NCBI GenBank assembly: GCA_905236515.1
Contig: CAJOQP010000111.1
Span: 1-58,508, forward strand
Direction of reading: 5' to 3'
Source of the DNA: an uncultured Oscillospiraceae bacterium
Lineage (GTDB): Bacteria > Bacillota > Clostridia > Oscillospirales > Oscillospiraceae
DNA: 58,508 nt
Shown: one piece after another, positions 57,059-58,508 of the stretch
Numbering within the stretch: position 1 is the stretch's first letter
Layout of the letters: every line of letters starts with the position of its first letter
Made by a program: the position numbers and the translations under genes
Notes under the pieces: generated by a model
Told to the model about the DNA's origin: nothing
What the model saw: the letters and a program-made list of their open reading frames with translations, nothing else
Databases searched by the model: none

Positions 57059-58508
57059 TTATTCCTGAGGTGCTTCTTCTGCAGCTTCAACAGGCTCTGC
57101 AGCTTCTTCCACAACTTCCTCAACTGCTTCCTCAGCTTCATGCTCTACAACAGAAGTATCGTAGATTACTTCGTCTTCTTCAGGAGCATCTGCCGGTTCC
57201 GGCTCGGAGAGAGCACGGATAGACAGGGAGATCTTCTGCTTTTCATCATCGATTGCAGTGATCTTTGCATCCACGACCTGACCAACTTCAAGAACGTCTT
57301 CCGGTTTGCCGATTCTGCGGTTAGCAATCTGAGAAATATGAATCAGACCGTCAACGCCGTCAACAACTTCAGCAAATGCGCCAAAAGGCATCAGCTTAAC
57401 GATTTTGACAGAAGCTACATCTCCAACCTGATAGGCATTGGTAAACACCTTCCAAGGATTTGCTTCCGGATCTTTGTAACCAAGAGAAATTCTTCTCTTC
57501 TCTTTATCAAATCCAAGAACATAAACATCAACTTCATCACCGATGTTCAGAACTTCGGAAGGCTGTTTTACACGCTGCCAGCTGAGTTCGGATACGTGAA
57601 CCATTCCGTCGATGCCGCCAATGTCGACAAAAGCACCGTAAGAAGTCATGCTCTTAACTCTTCCGTGATATTTCTTGCCGATCTCAATGTCGTTCCAGAT
57701 TGCTTCAGCAGCAGCCTTGCGCTCGCTCTGCAGAACTCTGCGGATAGAGCCGACAACACGTTTGCGGCCTTTATTCACTTCGGTAACGATCAGGCGAACC
57801 GTGGAGCCAACCATACCGCTCAGATCAGCCTCTCTGGGCTGTCCGGACTGGGATGCGGGAACAAATACTCGTGCACCCTTGACGTTAACAACAACGCCAC
57901 CCTTGTTAACTTCAGTTACATTGCCTTCAACAACTTCGCCGGATTCCTGAGCTGCTTCGATAACGGTCCAGCTCTTTGCAGCATCCAGACGACGTTTGGA
58001 AAGGGTCACAGTTCCCTCTACGTCATTGACGCGGGTAACGATTGCTTCAATCGTATCACCAACTTTGATAACATCCTCAATGTTATCGCCGTTATCGGTA
58101 AATTCAGAAGTAGGAATAAATCCGGAATACTTGATGCCAAGATCAACGTTTACATCCATAGGAGTAATGGCAGCAACTACACCAGAAACCAAATCGCCAT
58201 TGCGAATCGTCTTGAAAGACTCTTCCAGCATTTCATCGAAGGTCAGTTCCTTCTCGCTTGCTTCTTCTGCAGGCTCTGCTGCAACTTCTTCAGCAGCCTC
58301 TTCTGCAACAGGAGCTTCCACAGCTTCCTCTTCAGCAGCCACTTCGACTTTGGCGACTTCCTCTACTGCTTCCTCTGTCTCTGGGATCTGTTCAGCTTTG
58401 ATCTCTTCACTCATCGTATTAATTACCTCCTTGATTATCCACGCGGGTGCCGACGCTCCAGCTGTGATTCCGACAGTTTTGGCAGTTGTTAATGCTTCCA
58501 AATTTAAT
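57059..58508 (-). CDS. ispH: Bifunctional 4-hydroxy-3-methylbut-2-enyl diphosphate reductase (IspH C-terminus) / ribosomal protein S1 repeats; N-terminus lies outside the window
   Basis: The reading frame stays open to the window edge. GITAGASAPAWIIKEV is the IspH C-terminal signature. It is followed by an acidic linker, four S1 (OB) repeats and an acidic tail. Confidence 0.85.
   Translation of the reverse strand, partial: LNLEALTTAKTVGITAGASAPAWIIKEVINTMSEEIKAEQIPETEEAVEEVAKVEVAAEEEAVEAPVAEEAAEEVAAEPAEEASEKELTFDEMLEESFKTIRNGDLVSGVVAAITPMDVNVDLGIKYSGFIPTSEFTDNGDNIEDVIKVGDTIEAIVTRVNDVEGTVTLSKRRLDAAKSWTVIEAAQESGEVVEGNVTEVNKGGVVVNVKGARVFVPASQSGQPREADLSGMVGSTVRLIVTEVNKGRKRVVGSIRRVLQSERKAAAEAIWNDIEIGKKYHGRVKSMTSYGAFVDIGGIDGMVHVSELSWQRVKQPSEVLNIGDEVDVYVLGFDKEKRRISLGYKDPEANPWKVFTNAYQVGDVASVKIVKLMPFGAFAEVVDGVDGLIHISQIANRRIGKPEDVLEVGQVVDAKITAIDDEKQKISLSIRALSEPEPADAPEEDEVIYDTSVVEHEAEEAVEEVVEEAAEPVEAAEEAPQE

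Noticed and set aside
57140-58492. 450-aa ORF antisense to the IspH/S1 gene
   Set aside because: It is the mirror frame of an acidic, stop-poor gene. The composition is implausible (F/N/C/S-rich) and there is no SD. The S1 repeats on the minus strand are unambiguous.

Overview
This window looks like a core chromosomal segment of a low/mid-GC Firmicute, most likely class Clostridia. Supporting signs are a type-A RNase P RNA, an IspH-S1 fusion gene, a SpoIID-like protein and a long-form PFK. About 90% of the genes lie on the minus strand in tightly packed, often overlapping housekeeping operons. These are aspC-radA; trmK-nif3; xerD-ruvCAB; spoIID-queA-tgt-yajC; rpe-recR-rnj; and the conserved yicC-remA-gmk-rpoZ-priA-def-fmt-rsmB-rlmN-prpC-prkC-rsgA supercluster. 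They continue with cdaA-cdaR and ispD-ispF-(ispH/S1). I support one RNA gene, rnpB at 40875-41213, with a near-consensus promoter and a bidirectional terminator. I saw no tRNA or rRNA genes, no CRISPR array, no prophage/IS/ICE structure and no recognisable defence system. The less ordinary parts are listed here.
(1) An intact but catalytically stripped P1B-type ATPase homologue sits directly after fba.
(2) An intact tyrosine recombinase is fused into an operon with an MBOAT/DHHW O-acyltransferase pair. It is preceded by a 32-bp lox/FRT-like perfect palindrome.
(3) An uncharacterised gene overlaps the end of radA.
(4) A roughly 270-nt leader precedes a small zinc-ribbon gene whose consensus promoter has a 17-nt palindrome in its spacer. 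Related boxes occur in two other promoters.
(5) An accessory-looking block spans 22.3-30.5 kb: HD, GyrI-like, methyltransferase, GNAT-YoaP, a second RumA-type methyltransferase, BASS transporter, DUF1848 and HAD.
(6) A four-gene XpaC-TelA-LemA-like-TPM envelope-stress module follows.
None of these is demonstrably a new system from sequence alone. All family assignments come from reading motifs by eye, not from database searches.
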